From NCBI RefSeq assembly GCF_036321535.1, contig NC_087436.1, forward strand, positions 57,538,001-57,602,000: a stretch of 64,000 bases of DNA, written 5' to 3'. Numbering within the stretch: position 1 is the first letter of the stretch; the number at the start of each line of letters is the position of its first letter. A model generated the notes under the pieces. The model had not been told where the DNA came from. It did not search any database and saw only the letters and a program-made list of their open reading frames with translations. Below are positions 12,046 to 25,529 of the stretch, in pieces. The DNA is from Camelus dromedarius (taxonomy: Eukaryota). The position numbers and the translations under genes are program-made.

Positions 12046-13959
12046 CTGAGTTAAGTTTTCTGTAATTGTTTTTTTCTTCACAAAACTAGAAAAGATTTCC
12101 TGATAAAATTTCAAATAGGCTTTCATAAATGCATGAAAATGTATTTTCAGTTATCATCCTTACTATTGTAAATCTTGATTTAATTTGGGGGAAAATTATC
12201 CATTTGTTTTATCTTTGGTTAACTCAAACTTTTCTCTTCTATTTTTTATATTTTTGAACTGAAAGGACCCCTTAATCACTGTGGGTTTTTTGTGTCTACC
12301 TTTGAATTTAAAAGTGCTTTCTCCTCTATAAATGTTTTTATGACAATTCTCTGATGTCCATCCCCTCTTTACAATGCACAGAGATTTACCAAGAAATCTG
12401 TGTAACTGTTTTTGCACCTATTCGTCCACATTTCTGTCTGCTACACTAGGAGTTAAGATATTTGAGGGAGGGATTATGTAACAAGCACACAGCACATACT
12501 CAGTAAATGCTTGATAAAGGAAAAACTAGCACAGGCTCATTATATATATTAAACCAAATAATGGTCAAGGAATATATTTTGGGGGAAAGACAAGCAGTTT
12601 TCTGATTTATATAATTTTTCCTGCTATGTCAAAAACACAGGCTTAGGCAATTCAAATATACTTCTAAACTATGTTCCCTAGGTCAGCAAGAAAACAGAAA
12701 CAGTATCTTTCATCATTTTCCTTCTCTTTCACGCTTCCATTACCTGAAAAACTGTATCCTTCTTTTCTTAACACTTTTCCATCTGGTCTCTTGCCCCCCA
12801 GCCAATATATGAATCACTTGAATATACACTGAACACTAAAACACATATATGTTATTTTTCTTGCAGAAAGCATATGTCTTAAAGAAAATGCTTAGATCAA
12901 GAGAAAAAAACAAAGGGAAATGCACTTATAGAAACTGCTAGCAATACAGGCCCATTGAAAAGTCAAGGAGGGCAAATGTGTTTGCAAACTATTTGTATCT
13001 CCCATGGGCAATATTCCCTATATTGAAAAATGTATAGAGAATTTAGTAGCTCCTAATGCAAAAGAACAAATTAATGCTTTAAAGGTTTTCAAATACATAT
13101 GGTGTTATTTAAAAAAAAACACAAAAGTTAATCAAGCTAGTATTTGCTAAATAAAAATGTCTAATATTTAACATTCTTAATTGTCCTGATCCTCGGTACA
13201 GTGGCATTTCATGGTCTAATCTTACTCATCTTTTCCCAAAAAGTTTTTTTTTTTTTGTCTGCAGACTTCAGTTTGTGGATGTGAGGAGGAGAACAGTGGA
13301 GTGAATTAGAGGGTACAACTGTTGCTGCCCATGGGCAGTAAAATTCATTGAGTGGAAAAGAGGGAACGTGAGTAGAAAATCAATTGTTTGATGCTGCCAG
13401 CTACATCCTCGTGCTCAGAAATAATTCTGTTAAATTCTAGAGAGGGTAGTGTACTGGCAGGAATAACTTGAATATAATTCAGAGAGTGCCTTTAGGTCCC
13501 AATATACACACTACAATTTTTACATGTAAACAAAGTCGAAATATCCTTGTTAATTTTGTATCATGGAGCATTAGTCTACAAAGAAGTTTCAATAACTATC
13601 ATTAGCTTCTTAATTACAGTATCTTTGCATAACTATTTTAATACATATTTAAATCAAAGTATCAAATATGACTACCTAAATTCAAAAAGATTAAGGATGT
13701 AACCAAAATAGTTTCCTCCTTTTTTAATTGGAAAAGTGATGTACAAAAATACAAGGCCTTAACTTCTTGTCAGAATATAATGTTAAAATACAGTTGATTT
13801 TATTTTACCTGTAAATGCTTCTTGCAATTTTTGAGGCTGTAAAAAAATTACTCAAGAAATCCATCATTTCATGAAATGTTAGAATGGGGCTCAGGGATGA
13901 GAATCAGACACAAATTAAACGAGTGCACCAGGCCATCTTTATCAATAAAGTATTATAAC

Positions 13960-14195
13960 AATAACATTTAAAGCTTATTCCAGACCAGGAGCTGTTTTTT
14001 TTTCCCCTAATAACACATTTAATTCTCATAACAACCATGTGAGGGAAGAAAATATTATTACCCCATTCTGCACATGAGGTAACAGGCTCAGAGAGGTTAA
14101 GTAATCTGCCTAAGACTATAAAGCTGGTAAGTGGCATACTTGGGAAGGATTTGGACCTAGTCTGCAAAGGTTTCAAAGCCCACATCCTACAGTAG
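13960..14195 (-). mobile_element. MIR SINE
   Basis: 'attattaccccattctgcacatgaggtaacaggctcagagaggttaagtaatctgcctaag'. Confidence 0.85.
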
Positions 14196-14385
14196 TATCT
14201 TTTTAAGAACATAAAATAACCCTAGAGCACAGCCACTGCCACCAAAAAATTTGTAATCTCCTTGGAGTGAGAAGATGACAAGTTATACACAACATATATT
14301 CTGCCTCCTCCCCTCTAAAAAAAGCAAAGCAGGTGCCAAAATACAACAGAGGTGGAGTGACAATGATAATTACTGCTAACATTGG

Positions 14386-15358
14386 TGTGCAGACTGTTCA
14401 ATGACCTACACTTCCCTGTGTTCATATACTTGTGTAGTCACCTCACATAGGGACTGTGAGACTAGCCTGTGACCAGCAGAACTTTTACAAGCATGATGCA
14501 GAGGCTTAAGGCTTGTCCTCTTGGAGCAAGCTCACTTGGACCCCTGAGCCACCATGTGAGATGGTCTGGCTACCCTGCCAGAGCAGACATGTGGTAATAG
14601 AGGTATCTAGTTAGACCCCACCTATTCCAGCCATGTCAGTGTCGGAGAAGAATAAATTTTCCTCTACCCATCTAGATTCTTCTGGCTGGTCCAAGAATTA
14701 AATTGACATGAGACAGAGTAACAGAAGAAAATCAAACACAAGTTTAATAGTATGTATAATGGGAGAGACTCAGGAAGACTGAGTAACTCACAAAAATGGC
14801 CTCACTTTAAATACTACCTTCAGTTTAAGACAAAAGAGGATCTTGGGGATAGTGGTTTGGGACGTCAAAGGGGAGAAAGGAAATCTCTAAGAGACTGAAA
14901 AGCAAACTGTCTGGTAAACAAGTATTTATGGGGCCCTGCAGGGATGATGGGAGAGTGGACTCTGGTTTCTCCTCCACCACAACTAGTCCATGTTCTTTGC
15001 AGATATCTTTGGTGATAGCTCTATTCCAGAACAGGCCCTTTATCTAAATTCTTTAGGTAGCTAAGTGGCAGGTTTAAAGAAAAGACTTTCCCAGTCTTCT
15101 GTTTTTCAAAAATAATCAGCCTAAATTAATCCTCATGTCAAAGCGATACACTTGGATTGGCAAATTTTGCTGTCCTACATCAGCAAAGGCACCAGACAGG
15201 TGAATGAAGGAGCCAGCCCCAGACACCACTTTGAGCTGAAGAACTGCGCAGTTGATCCCAGCCCAGACTTTAGAATTGTGAGAAATAATAAATCATTATT
15301 GTTTTAACTCATCGACTTTTTGTAGTGATTTGTTACACAGCTATGGATAACTGAGACA
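14386..15358 (+). mobile_element. MaLR LTR (MLT1G/MLT1H-like) split by an ERV1 LTR
   Basis: 'ccctgagccaccatgtgag...cctattccagccatgtcag' resumes as 'caaaggcaccagacaggtgaatgaagg...aataaat...ttgttacacagctatggataactgagaca'. Confidence 0.75.
14640..15179 (-). mobile_element. ERV1 solo LTR, MER34/MER39-like
   Basis: TG...CA ends, perfect TSD TCAG (14636-14639, 15180-15183); reverse complement shares both termini with the LTRs at 896 and 8286. Confidence 0.9.
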
Positions 15359-16684
15359 ACTTGTAAAGCATTTTAACATTTGTAACTGCTTTCATTTTTT
15401 AATTTTATTTAATCCTCAATACAAGCCCATAATCATTTTTATAAGAAGGGAATTGACACTCAGGAACTTGAACTGAACTGCCCAAGGTCATAAGGTGAAT
15501 AAAGAGCAGAATTCATATTTATCATAGGCTTTCTGACAGGTTGTTGCATGTAATTTACACTACAGGAAGGACAAATGATGCTGGAAGAGATTAGTTTGGG
15601 ATGGCACAGCCGGAGCTTGAAGGAAAGGTAGGCATTAAGCAGGAGCTATCAAGTGAAGCCACTCTGCAGACCTCCTCATTTGGTATGCTTGGTGAAGTGG
15701 GCGATATACATCTAAAGATAACAATTACCATTTCCTAACCTTATCTGCTTCCAATCATTATAGTACCCTTTATTAAGTATGTACTATATTCAAAGGAACT
15801 ACCCATGATTCGTCTAATCCTTGCAATAGTCCTGAAAACAATTCCCTTACTTCATAAATAAACCAAAGCCCAGCTAAGTTTAGCTAGCAACTTGTAGATC
15901 TGGAGTTCAAATACGTGTTTGGCTCCAAACCCTGAATTACTTCCACAATGCTTTCTCTCCTCATGGAACTTGAACCTTCTGCAGTGGTCTAGGGCCACAA
16001 GAATGTTGCAAAGCTCTTAAGGGAACATGTTTTGTTCAGAAGGAGAGCTAGATATCCTATTTAGCATACTACAAATACACTAAAAAGTTAGCACCCCTGT
16101 TCTTAGAAATCACATAAAGGGGAACTGGATCTCCTTCTGAAGAATGAAGGAGCCCAGCAGCAGCAATACTAAGGAAAGTCTGTGCTTTTCCAAGCAGGAT
16201 CTGGCAGAAAGAATCCCACAGATGTCCCTCTCATCTATCAAGTTAGTCTTGATTCTTAAACAGATTCACGGCTACCCTGTAGCAATCTTGTTTGCAGCTG
16301 TCCCAACTGCTGACAGCTTTGTCATGAAAATAAAGGGAGGATACAGTCAGGTCACATTAGACCAACTCCAGTCTGCCCTGTTTAATACCATCACCAACGT
16401 TAGCATGTCTAACACTGTGCCCGGCACATAATAGACACTCAGTCAGCACTAGTTTTCTTTCTTCTTGCTTCAAATAGAAGGGAATAACAAAAAGCATCTC
16501 AAAATTCCAATTTTACTCAAAGCACTTTAAAAGACTTATGCAATAGGGGCCTGGTGATAAAAGACACAGAGATATGAGCAAAGTCACATAGGCAACAAAG
16601 AAAAATAAAAACACAAAGTCAATCCAGCACATTCCTGTCTTGGAACAGCAGATTTGCCAGTATGTGATTTATTTACTCACACTT

Positions 16685-16688
<4 letters not shown>

Positions 16689-16715
<27 letters not shown>
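16689..16715. repeat. (TG)n microsatellite
   Basis: Direct inspection. Confidence 0.95.
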
Positions 16716-18447
16716 CCGTGTCCCTTTCCGTGTCCTATGAGGTGCTAAAGACAATTCTAGGCACATGCATCAGTGAACAAAACTGACAAAGATCCAGGTC
16801 CTAATGGAGGTGACATTCTAGAGGTAAATAATATAATACTCATGTATCTTGTAGTTATTTTAAGCATTAGAACTCTCAAGTCTTTAAAATTTGTACAGTG
16901 ATACAGTTCTGAGAAAATAAGTAAAAGCTTCCAGTTTATAAAAACATGTGCTATGGGCTGTTGCATCTGAGGATCCAATATACCAATCCCTCTCTCCAAA
17001 TCTGATCTGGAAAGGAACTGTATCAATGAGAATAAATGCTACTATGGGTGTGGTAATGTGCCTGAGATGCAGCCCATGGAAACTCGGACATGTGTAAATG
17101 AACTCCATTTCCAGGTCTCCTCTACTAAAACGAGTCTATCTATCATATTTATCATACTTACTTTATTAGAGTTGCTTCATTTTTTCAGATCCAGTTAAAA
17201 TAAGACATTAGATATATGTCAATCAGAAGGCTGACAAGTTCATTATTATTTGAAAACTCTGTATTCAAATAGGAAAGATGTAACATTTAAAAAGTGTAGC
17301 AGAGAGGACAAAATGATAATATAATGAGGTCTCTAAAATTATATTAAATTATATATGTGTCTAAAAAGAGAAGAAAATGATTGAAAAATGAACTCCTACC
17401 CCAATGCCCACAATGGAACTCAGAGAGAATATCACGGAAAATGCTAGAGCCAAAAGTCATACGTCTCAACTAACTTTACCTCAGATCACTTTGATAGGTG
17501 AGATGAACGGCTTCACATCTGCCTTCTAAATTATTACAGCTCTTTAAGAATGTGAATTTCACTGGTTTTTACATTTTAAAATATGAAACATATATGTCAA
17601 GTATTTTCAAGATTGTCTTTCTAACATCTTTATACCATTTTCTAAAATTTGACACATGAATACGTTCTGAATAAAATGAAGACCTATCATTTAATAGTGC
17701 AGGTCAGATGATCTTTCAAGCAATGTAACTTGACCTTTTATCAGAGAGGAAGGCCAACCTGCAACCATTGGTTTCTCATTTGCTTTGTGAAGTTTAAGTC
17801 ATTTAAAATGAGCTTAAAACATCTTACTATACCCAAATATCACAAAATCTTTTCTGCCGTCAAGCCTGATTTGTCTACCACCTTCTATCCTTTCATCAGT
17901 CATCTAGAAGGCTAACAGGTGTGGCGAGTACGGTTTTTAACCTGTGTCCCTGAAACTTTGCCTGCTGCCTCCTTATTGTCACAAACTCATCTATCTCTTC
18001 TGTAACACACTGAGTCATTCCCTTCTAAGTCTCTTGTTGAAATTTTCTTTTACTGTTCATTTGATACATTTCCACAGTGAGCTATGCATTACGATGTATC
18101 ACTGCTCCCATAAAATAAGAACTAGTTTTAAAAATATTTATTTTCAACTTGACTTAAACTTTTTCTGCTTAGTAACTATGATAAAGCAAAATTTTATTAA
18201 GGATGATGCAATGTGGCTAAACTTTGCTAGCCTGAATGACTATCTTTCTAAGAGTCTCATGAATTTTTCACTTTAAAGCTTTAAAATTTCAGGTTGGAGC
18301 TAAAAAGGGTACAGCTCTTTCTGCATTATTTCTGAAAAATATGTCCAAGTTCCGTTTAGTGGAAAGCTTGGCTACTCAAATGGGGATATAATTTGGAAGG
18401 GGAGCCAAAAGGATGTGTGAATAGGGGAAAAGTGAGGAACTGAGGAC

Positions 18448-18960
18448 ATCTTAGGGTTGGGTTCTCCAGAAGCAGAAAGTGAGATGAAACTCCATCTGCA
18501 AGTTATTTATTAAGAAGCATTCGCATGAAAAACTTCAAAGGCAGTAATGGAAACCAGGCAGGGGAAAGGCAAGTAAGGTTATGATTTTAGGCAAATTCTG
18601 AAAGAGGGGAGTTTAAGCTCAACTCTGCAAGAGAATTCAATCTACGATGTGACGCCTGGTGTCTGTCCTGACTTGGCAAAGAAATGGGGCTTTTTAGTGC
18701 TCTCCTATCAATAGGTCATTACCTGAAGTTTATTCCAGAGAGATCTAAACATCCAGGTAGTTCCAACTTGATATGGGTTTGGGCAAAGCAGTTCCAAGTA
18801 GCTTTAGAACGTCTCCCCAGTGGAGTGGCCGGTAGAAGTGTTAACAGTAAATCTTGGGTAGGGGGAGGGATGGGGTGGGGGTGTGAAAGCGGGGAAGCAC
18901 GACAGTGCTAACCGGTGTCTTGGGGGCTTTGGGCGGAGCACCATCAGTGTCACTACAGTT
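18448..18960 (-). mobile_element. ERVL LTR (LTR33/LTR16-like)
   Basis: 'tcttagggttgggttctccagaagcagaaagtgagatgaa...tgcaagttatttattaagaag' matches the reverse 3' end typical of this group. Confidence 0.6.
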
Positions 18961-18974
18961 GTATATAACATGCT

Positions 18975-19097
18975 ATTTAGTGTGGTCTGCTGCTGATTTG
19001 TTCCAAAGGCCCCACCCCAAACTTACTGAATCAGAATCTTCATTTTCACAAGATCAACATTTGATTTTTATACACATTACAGTTTGAGAAGCACTGC
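18975..19097. mobile_element. MER5-like hAT-Charlie MITE fragment
   Basis: 'ccccaccccaaacttactgaatcagaatct...agtttgagaagcactg'. Confidence 0.7.
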
Positions 19098-19279
19098 TAT
19101 ATGATACCCTCCCTTATGGTTTGTTTTAAAGATTAAATTGTAAAAAGCTGCCATTTTATTACAATGATGGCGATATTGATGATGATATTCTTACTGCATC
19201 TATTACAGCATTTGTTTTCCTGTTACTTTATTAGTTGATTTATTTGTCAGCCACCTCTACCAGACTCTTTCTCTATAGG

Positions 19280-19476
19280 AACGGTATTGGCCTTTTGGGT
19301 GAGATAATTTTTGCTATTGTTGCTCGGACTGGGGTCTATCCCACGCATTTTCAAAGCTTCAAGATCCCTGGGCATGCAGTGTCAGCAGCACTCTGTCTTT
19401 TTAATAGCTAATAACACCCCAACACTGTTTTAAAAATTCCTAGAGAGGCAACTGCATCCCCATTTGAGAACCATGG
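19280..19476. mobile_element. MER20/MER3-like hAT-Charlie MITE
   Basis: 'ttttgggtgagataattttt...ccctagagaggcaactgcatccccatttgagaaccat'. Confidence 0.55.
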
Positions 19477-20269
19477 AATGCCTCAGGGGGAAGATCCTGT
19501 TTTAATTTAATTGCATGCCTTTCTCTTCCTCGGGAATGCAGTGCCTGACGCAGATGAGAGTCTTAATTTATATTTATTAAATAACAATAAAAATAATCAG
19601 CACTATCTTAGATAATCCATTATCTCAGTTAATTTTCACAATGACCATAGTTGCATGGTTGTAATTTCTATTGTATAGGTGAGGAAACTGAACCTGGGGG
19701 AGGTTAAGTACATTGTCCCAAATCAGAGAGAAAAAGATTAAATCTATCTCAGTCTGGTTCTCCAGCTCATACCTTTGTAATTCTCCAAGACATCTGCATA
19801 AAGAAAGGGTTTAATAAATGAATAGTTCATTCTGTGAATGCCAGTCTGTTGTCAGTTGGTATAATGAAGCACAGTAGAAGCTAATTTCCAGAAAACAATT
19901 CATACACAGCCTACACATTTAAATTCCAGACACATTTTAACTGTTCACAGAGTTAGTGTGGACTGCCTCTAAAACCACCAATAATGCTGGGGATGTGGCA
20001 ATGACCCTGGCCAGAAGGCTGCGGCTCCATTCTCTGAGGAGAAGAATGGGCCACTCAGCTAGCCACAGGCAAAAGTTACATCAATGTTGGAAGAAAGTCT
20101 GGCTCCAAAAGAGCGAAAGAGTGTCTGTTAGATTTATGCCTTTTCTTTCCCAACACAGTGCATGTATTTTTTTTTTTTAATTGAAGTATCTACTTGTCTC
20201 TCTTTAGCCTTTTCTTCAGAATTAGTAATTATTTCCTGTTATTCTAGATAAGGGGATTTTACGAGAGAT

Positions 20270-20582
20270 ATATATTTCTAAGACCAATTCAAATTTTATT
20301 TTTTACATTTTAATATTTGTGAAATGTGGATGATGCTTTCCTCTGAGGTCAGAAGGAGGCATCTTTCCCAAACCTTTCGCAGAGAAGTTGGAAATTTAGT
20401 TGTTATTGCCTTGTGCCAGTGTTATAAAATGCACTGGTAACACAACACAGGCTAAAATTTCAACTTAGGTTATCTAAGAGGTGATTAATAAAATGACACT
20501 ACAATGCAACAGCGTACTAACCAAAAAGTTATTGTGTATGTAAGAATGTGGAGAAATAAAGATATCAGATTTAAATATACCA
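20270..20582. mobile_element. Possible Tc2 (Kanga/MER104-like) DNA transposon fossil
   Basis: 'tctaagac...ttttacattttaatatttgtgaaatgtggatg' resembles the recalled Tc2 subterminal motif; weak. Confidence 0.35.
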
Positions 20583-20894
20583 TAAGTATATATTTATTGC
20601 TGGAATAATGACCATAGTTTTTTATTTTATTGTAAGCCAACAGTGCTTTTAAAACTTTGGTATGAACTAAAGAGCCTGTTAGAACATGATTCAGAGGTTT
20701 ACAGGGGCAGGGAAAGGAGAGGGCATGAAAGAGTGTTTCTGAAAAGCTCCAGTGAGAATGCGGCTCTGCAGACCATGCTTTCCAGCACAGAGAAGGGAAG
20801 ATACTTCTGCAGATATTGCTTAAATATGGTTCAGATGACCTAACCTTGAAAGTTGAGATAGAAAGTATAAACAAAGCAAGTAGTAAAACTTTCA

Positions 20895-21375
20895 AAGTCA
20901 GGTTTATTAATATATAATTTATATAAAATAAAATTCCCCCTTTTTAATTGCATAGTTTGATTAGTTTTGAAAGTATATATAGTCATGTCATCATGACCAC
21001 AATCAAACTGTGGAAAATCTTCATCACCTTCAAAAATTTCCTTACCCTCTTGCAGTCAATTCCCTTCTCCCACCTCTAGTCCTTGGCAACTATTGATTTG
21101 TCACCATTGTTTTAATTTTCCTAGAATATACTATAAATGGAAAGACAATGTATGTAATCTTTCAGTCTGGGCTTAGTTTAATGCTTTGGGAATTTGTCCA
21201 CAATATTGTACGTTGCATGTACAAACAATTTGTTTCTTTTCATTGCTGAGAAGTATTGTCCTTTATTTGCTTCTCCATTCTCTAAGTGATGAGTGTTTGG
21301 GTTGTTTCCAGAACAGAACTATTGTGATTAAAATTGCTATGAATATCTTCATATAGGTCTTTGTCTGACATTGTT
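20895..21375 (-). mobile_element. Old L1M 3' fragment (L1MC/MD-like)
   Basis: Reverse L1 3' motifs; ORF track reads 'IFIAILITIVLFWKQPK', the ORF2 C-terminus. Confidence 0.8.
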
Positions 21376-21724
21376 TTGAATAGAAACCTTCTTTTACAAA
21401 TGTTTCTATTCCATTACAAAAAATATCCATAATTAAGCAGTGAATATGTATTATTTCAAATGCATCATGAATTACAAGGAAACTGTACTGGTCTACAGAG
21501 TCTTGCCAGGATATTCCTCTAAAATAGGACAAGTGGTTGAGTGAATTAGTTATATCTTCTGTCTTCTGCTTGGGTTTTAAGACTAAGTAAATCAATGAGA
21601 AAAAATATCCCAACTATTTAATAAATACATGCATTTAATAAATGCACAAAAAGTAAAATATTTAAACCTAACAACTCTATGAATTAGCTATTAATATACT
21701 TCCACATTTCATGTGAGGATTTCT

Positions 21725-24280
21725 CATAAAAAGAGAAATCTTAAAAGCAGCAAGAGAGAGCAACTAGTTATATACACGAGAACTCCTATAAACACATCAG
21801 CTGACTTTTCAGCAGAAGGAAATGGAATGACATATTCAAAGTGATGAAAGGAAAGTCTACAACCAAGAACACTCAAGCTGGTAAGGTCAAGGTTATCATT
21901 CATATTTGAAGGAGAGACAGAGTTTACAGATAAGCAAAAACTAAGAGAGTTTGGCACCATTAAACTAGCTATAGAATAAATGTTAAGGGACTTCCTTAAG
22001 TGGAAAAGAAAAGATACTAGAAATATGAAAATTATGGAAAGAAAAATCTCACTGGTAAAAGCTAACCTACTGATTAAATGATACTACACACAGAAAATCC
22101 TAAAAACACTACTGAAAACTATTAGAACTAGTAAGTGAATTCAGTAAAGTAGCAGTAAAGTTGCAGGATACAGAAATATGTTGCATTTCTGTACACTAAC
22201 AACAAATTAAGAAAAAAAATCCCATTTACAATTGCATAAAAAAATACCTAGGAATAAATCTAAAGCAAGAGGTAAAAGCTTTGTACTCTGAAAACTATAA
22301 GACATTAATGAAAGAAAGTGAAGATGATACAAAAGAATGGAAAGGTATACCGCTCATGAGTTGGACGAACTAGTATTGTTAAAATGACCATTCTGCCTAA
22401 AGCCATCAACAGTCAATGCAATCTCTATCAAAATACCAAAGGTATTTTTCACACAACTGAAAAAAAAGTTCTAAAATTTGTGCATAAACACAAAAGACCC
22501 CAGTAGCAAAACAATCTTGAGAAAAAAGAATAAAGCTGGAGGTATCACGAGCCCAGATTTTAAGCTATACTACAAACCTACAGTAATCAAAACAGTGTGG
22601 TCCTGGTACAAAAACAGACAGATCAATGGGAACAGAACAGAGAAGCCCAGAAATGAATCCACACTTATATAATCAGTTAATCTATGACAAAGAAGGCAAA
22701 AATATACAATGGGGAAAAGAGCCTCTTCAATATACGGTGGTGGGGAAACTGGACAGCTACATGCAAAAGAATCAAATTAAAATACTTTCTCACACTATAT
22801 ACAAAAATATCTCAAAATGGATTAAAGACTTAAATGTAAGACCTGAAACAATAAAACTCAGAAGTTTTATGGCACTACGCTTTTTGACATTGGTCTTAGC
22901 AATATTTTTTTGGGGATCTGTCTCCTCAGGCAAGGGAAATAAAAGCAAAAATAAACAAATGGCATTATATCAAATTAAAAACCTTTACTGAATGGGAGAC
23001 AATATTTGCAAACAATATACTGATAAGGGGTTAATATCCAAAGTACAGTTGACCCTTGAACAATGCATTTCCATATAGTTTAAAATCTCTGTGTAACTTA
23101 TTTTCAGCCCTTCATATATGCAATTTATCTCTATTCATGGTTTTATATCCACAGATTCAACCAACTGCAGATTTAACCAACCATGGACCACAGAGTACAG
23201 TAGTATTAACTATTAAAAAATTTTTGGTATAAGTGGACCTACACAGTTCAAAGCTGTGTTGTTCAAGGGTCAACTATATACAAAGAACTCATGCAACTCA
23301 ACATCAAAAAACCCAAACAACTCTATTAAAAAATGGGCAGAAGACCTGACTAGACATTTCTCCAAAGAAGACATACATACAGATGGCCAACAGACACTGA
23401 AAAGTTACTCAACGTTGCCAGTCATTAGAGAAATGGAAATTGAAACCACAAAGAGGTATGACTTCACCCCTTCAGAATGGTTAACATCAAAAAGACAACA
23501 AATAACAAGTGTTGGTGAGGATGTGAAGGAAAAAGAACCCTTGTGCACTGTTGGTGGGATTACAAACTGGTGCAGCTACTATGGAAAACAGTATGGAGGT
23601 TCCTCAAAAAAATGAAAAATAGAACTTCTGCAGGATCTAGCAATTTCACTTTTGGGTATTATCCAAAGAAAATAAAGCACTAATTCAAAAAGATATATAC
23701 TCACCAAATGCAGCATTATTTTACAAGAGCCAAGATATGGAAGCAACATTAGTGTCTATTGATATATGAAGGGATAAATAAGATGTGTATATATATACAC
23801 ACATAAACACAGACACACACGTACATACAGTGTAATATTTCTCAGACATAAAAAATGAAGTCCTGCCATTTGTGACAACATGGATGGCTTTAGAGGGTAT
23901 TATGCAGTGAATTAAGTAGGTCAGAGGGAGGCAAATACTGTATGATCTCACTTATATGTGGAATCTAAAAGAGAAAACAAAGAAAACAAAATTAAAAGAG
24001 GCTCAGAGAACAAATGGTAGTTGCCAGAGGGAAGAGGATGGGGGTTGGGGAAATAGGTGAAGGGAGTTAAGAGGTACAAACCTCCAGTTATAAAATAAAT
24101 AAGCCATGGGGATGTGATATACAGCATAAGGAATATGGTCAATAATACTGTTGTAACTTTGTATGGGGACAGATGGTTATTTAACTTATTGTGATCATTT
24201 CACAATATATGCAAATGTCAAATTGCTGTAGTACACCTGAAACTAACATAAGTGTGTATCAACCAGATTTCAATTAAATA
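21725..24280 (+). mobile_element. L1 (L1MA9/L1_Art-like): ORF1 tail, large internal deletion, 3' ORF2 and 3'UTR
   Basis: ORF2 remnants '[28 protein letters not shown]', 'SKWIKDLNVRPETIKL' and 'NNSIKKWAEDLTRHFSKEDI' with frameshifts; ORF1-like 21725-22000. Confidence 0.95.
23046..23276. mobile_element. Tigger2/MER8-type MITE nested in L1
   Basis: TIRs CAGTTGACCCTTGAACAA ... TTGTTCAAGGGTCAACTA, flanked by TA. Confidence 0.9.
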
Positions 24281-24344
24281 TCAGTTGACCATATTTTGTC
24301 ACCTGAAAATTTAAATGTATATCCATTAAAATGTAGATTTTCTT

Positions 24345-24590
24345 AAATAAATGTTTTTATAAATAATTGTAGATTCACACGTAGCTGTAAGAAATAACAT
24401 ATAGGTCCCTTATATTATTTGCCCATTTTCTCCAATTGAATAGTGACATTTTGCAAAACTATAGCACAATATTCACAACCAAGATATAGATATTGATGAA
24501 GTGTACCAATTTTATTCAGATTTCCAGTTTTACTTGTACTTGTCTGTAAGTGTGTGTGTAAGTTCTATCCAATTTTATTACCTGTGGTAG
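24345..24590 (-). mobile_element. L1MC-like 3' fragment
   Basis: 'gtagattcacacgtagctgtaagaaataac...gtgacattttgcaaaactatag...aaccaagatatagatattgat'. Confidence 0.7.
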
Positions 24591-24815
24591 ATTTTTTTTT
24601 GAAGCATATTGACTCATTTCTTAATGAAAATTTTCATTGCTGTTATTTTACTTTCAAGGAATCTTCATAAAATAGCATCTCTCTGTAAGGAAATATTTAT
24701 ACAAAGTTCTATAATTCCTCATTTTTACTTGTTTCTTCTTTTTTTTAAAATTCAAAAACAACTAAATATATTACTCTTAAAATAATGAACAAAATTAAGT
24801 AAATAATGCATTTTA

Positions 24816-25362
24816 TTTATTTATTTTGATTTTTAAATTTTTAAAAAAATTTTTTATTGAGTTATGTCATTTTACAATGTTGTGTCAAATTCCAGTGTAG
24901 AGCACAATTTTTCAGTTATACATGAACATACATATATTCATTGTCACATTTACTTTTTTCACTGTGAGCTACCACAAGATCTTGTATATATTTCTCTGTG
25001 CTATACAGTATAATCTTGTTTATCTATTCTACATTTTGAAATCCCAGTTTGTCCCTTCCCACCCCCCGCCCACTTGGCAACCACAAGTTTGTATTCTATG
25101 TCTGTAAGAGTCTGTTTCTGTTTTGTATTTATGTTTTTTTTTTTTAGATTCCATATATGAACGATCTCATATAATATTTTTCTTTCTCTTTCTGGTTTAC
25201 TTCACTTAGAATGACATTCTCCAGGGACATCCATGTTGCTACAAATGGCATTATGTTGTTGGTTCTTATGGCTGAATAGTATTCCATTGTATAATATACC
25301 ACATCTTCTTTATCTAGTCATCTGTTGATGGACATTTAGGCTGTTTCCATGTGTTGGCTACT
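24816..25362 (-). mobile_element. Young camelid-type L1 3' end
   Basis: Perfect 17-bp TSD GTAAATAATGCATTTTA (24799-24815, 25363-25379) and T-rich tail on the left; same subfamily as 49141-49660. Confidence 0.92.
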
Positions 25363-25529
25363 GTAAATAATGCATTTTAGGTCTCAGACCATAGACAGAA
25401 TCTTAGACTGCATGCATTATAGAAGGATCTGCATTATGTACTTCTTGTGCAGTTTGTAATTAGATATGTTGTATATTCATTAGTGTCTCCTCTCATACTT
25501 ATGTACCTTATTACAAAAGTCATTTAAAA

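Noticed and set aside
22478..23615. ORFs with clear protein similarity (also 28051-28278)
   Set aside because: Frameshifted L1 ORF2 remnants, not functional CDS.
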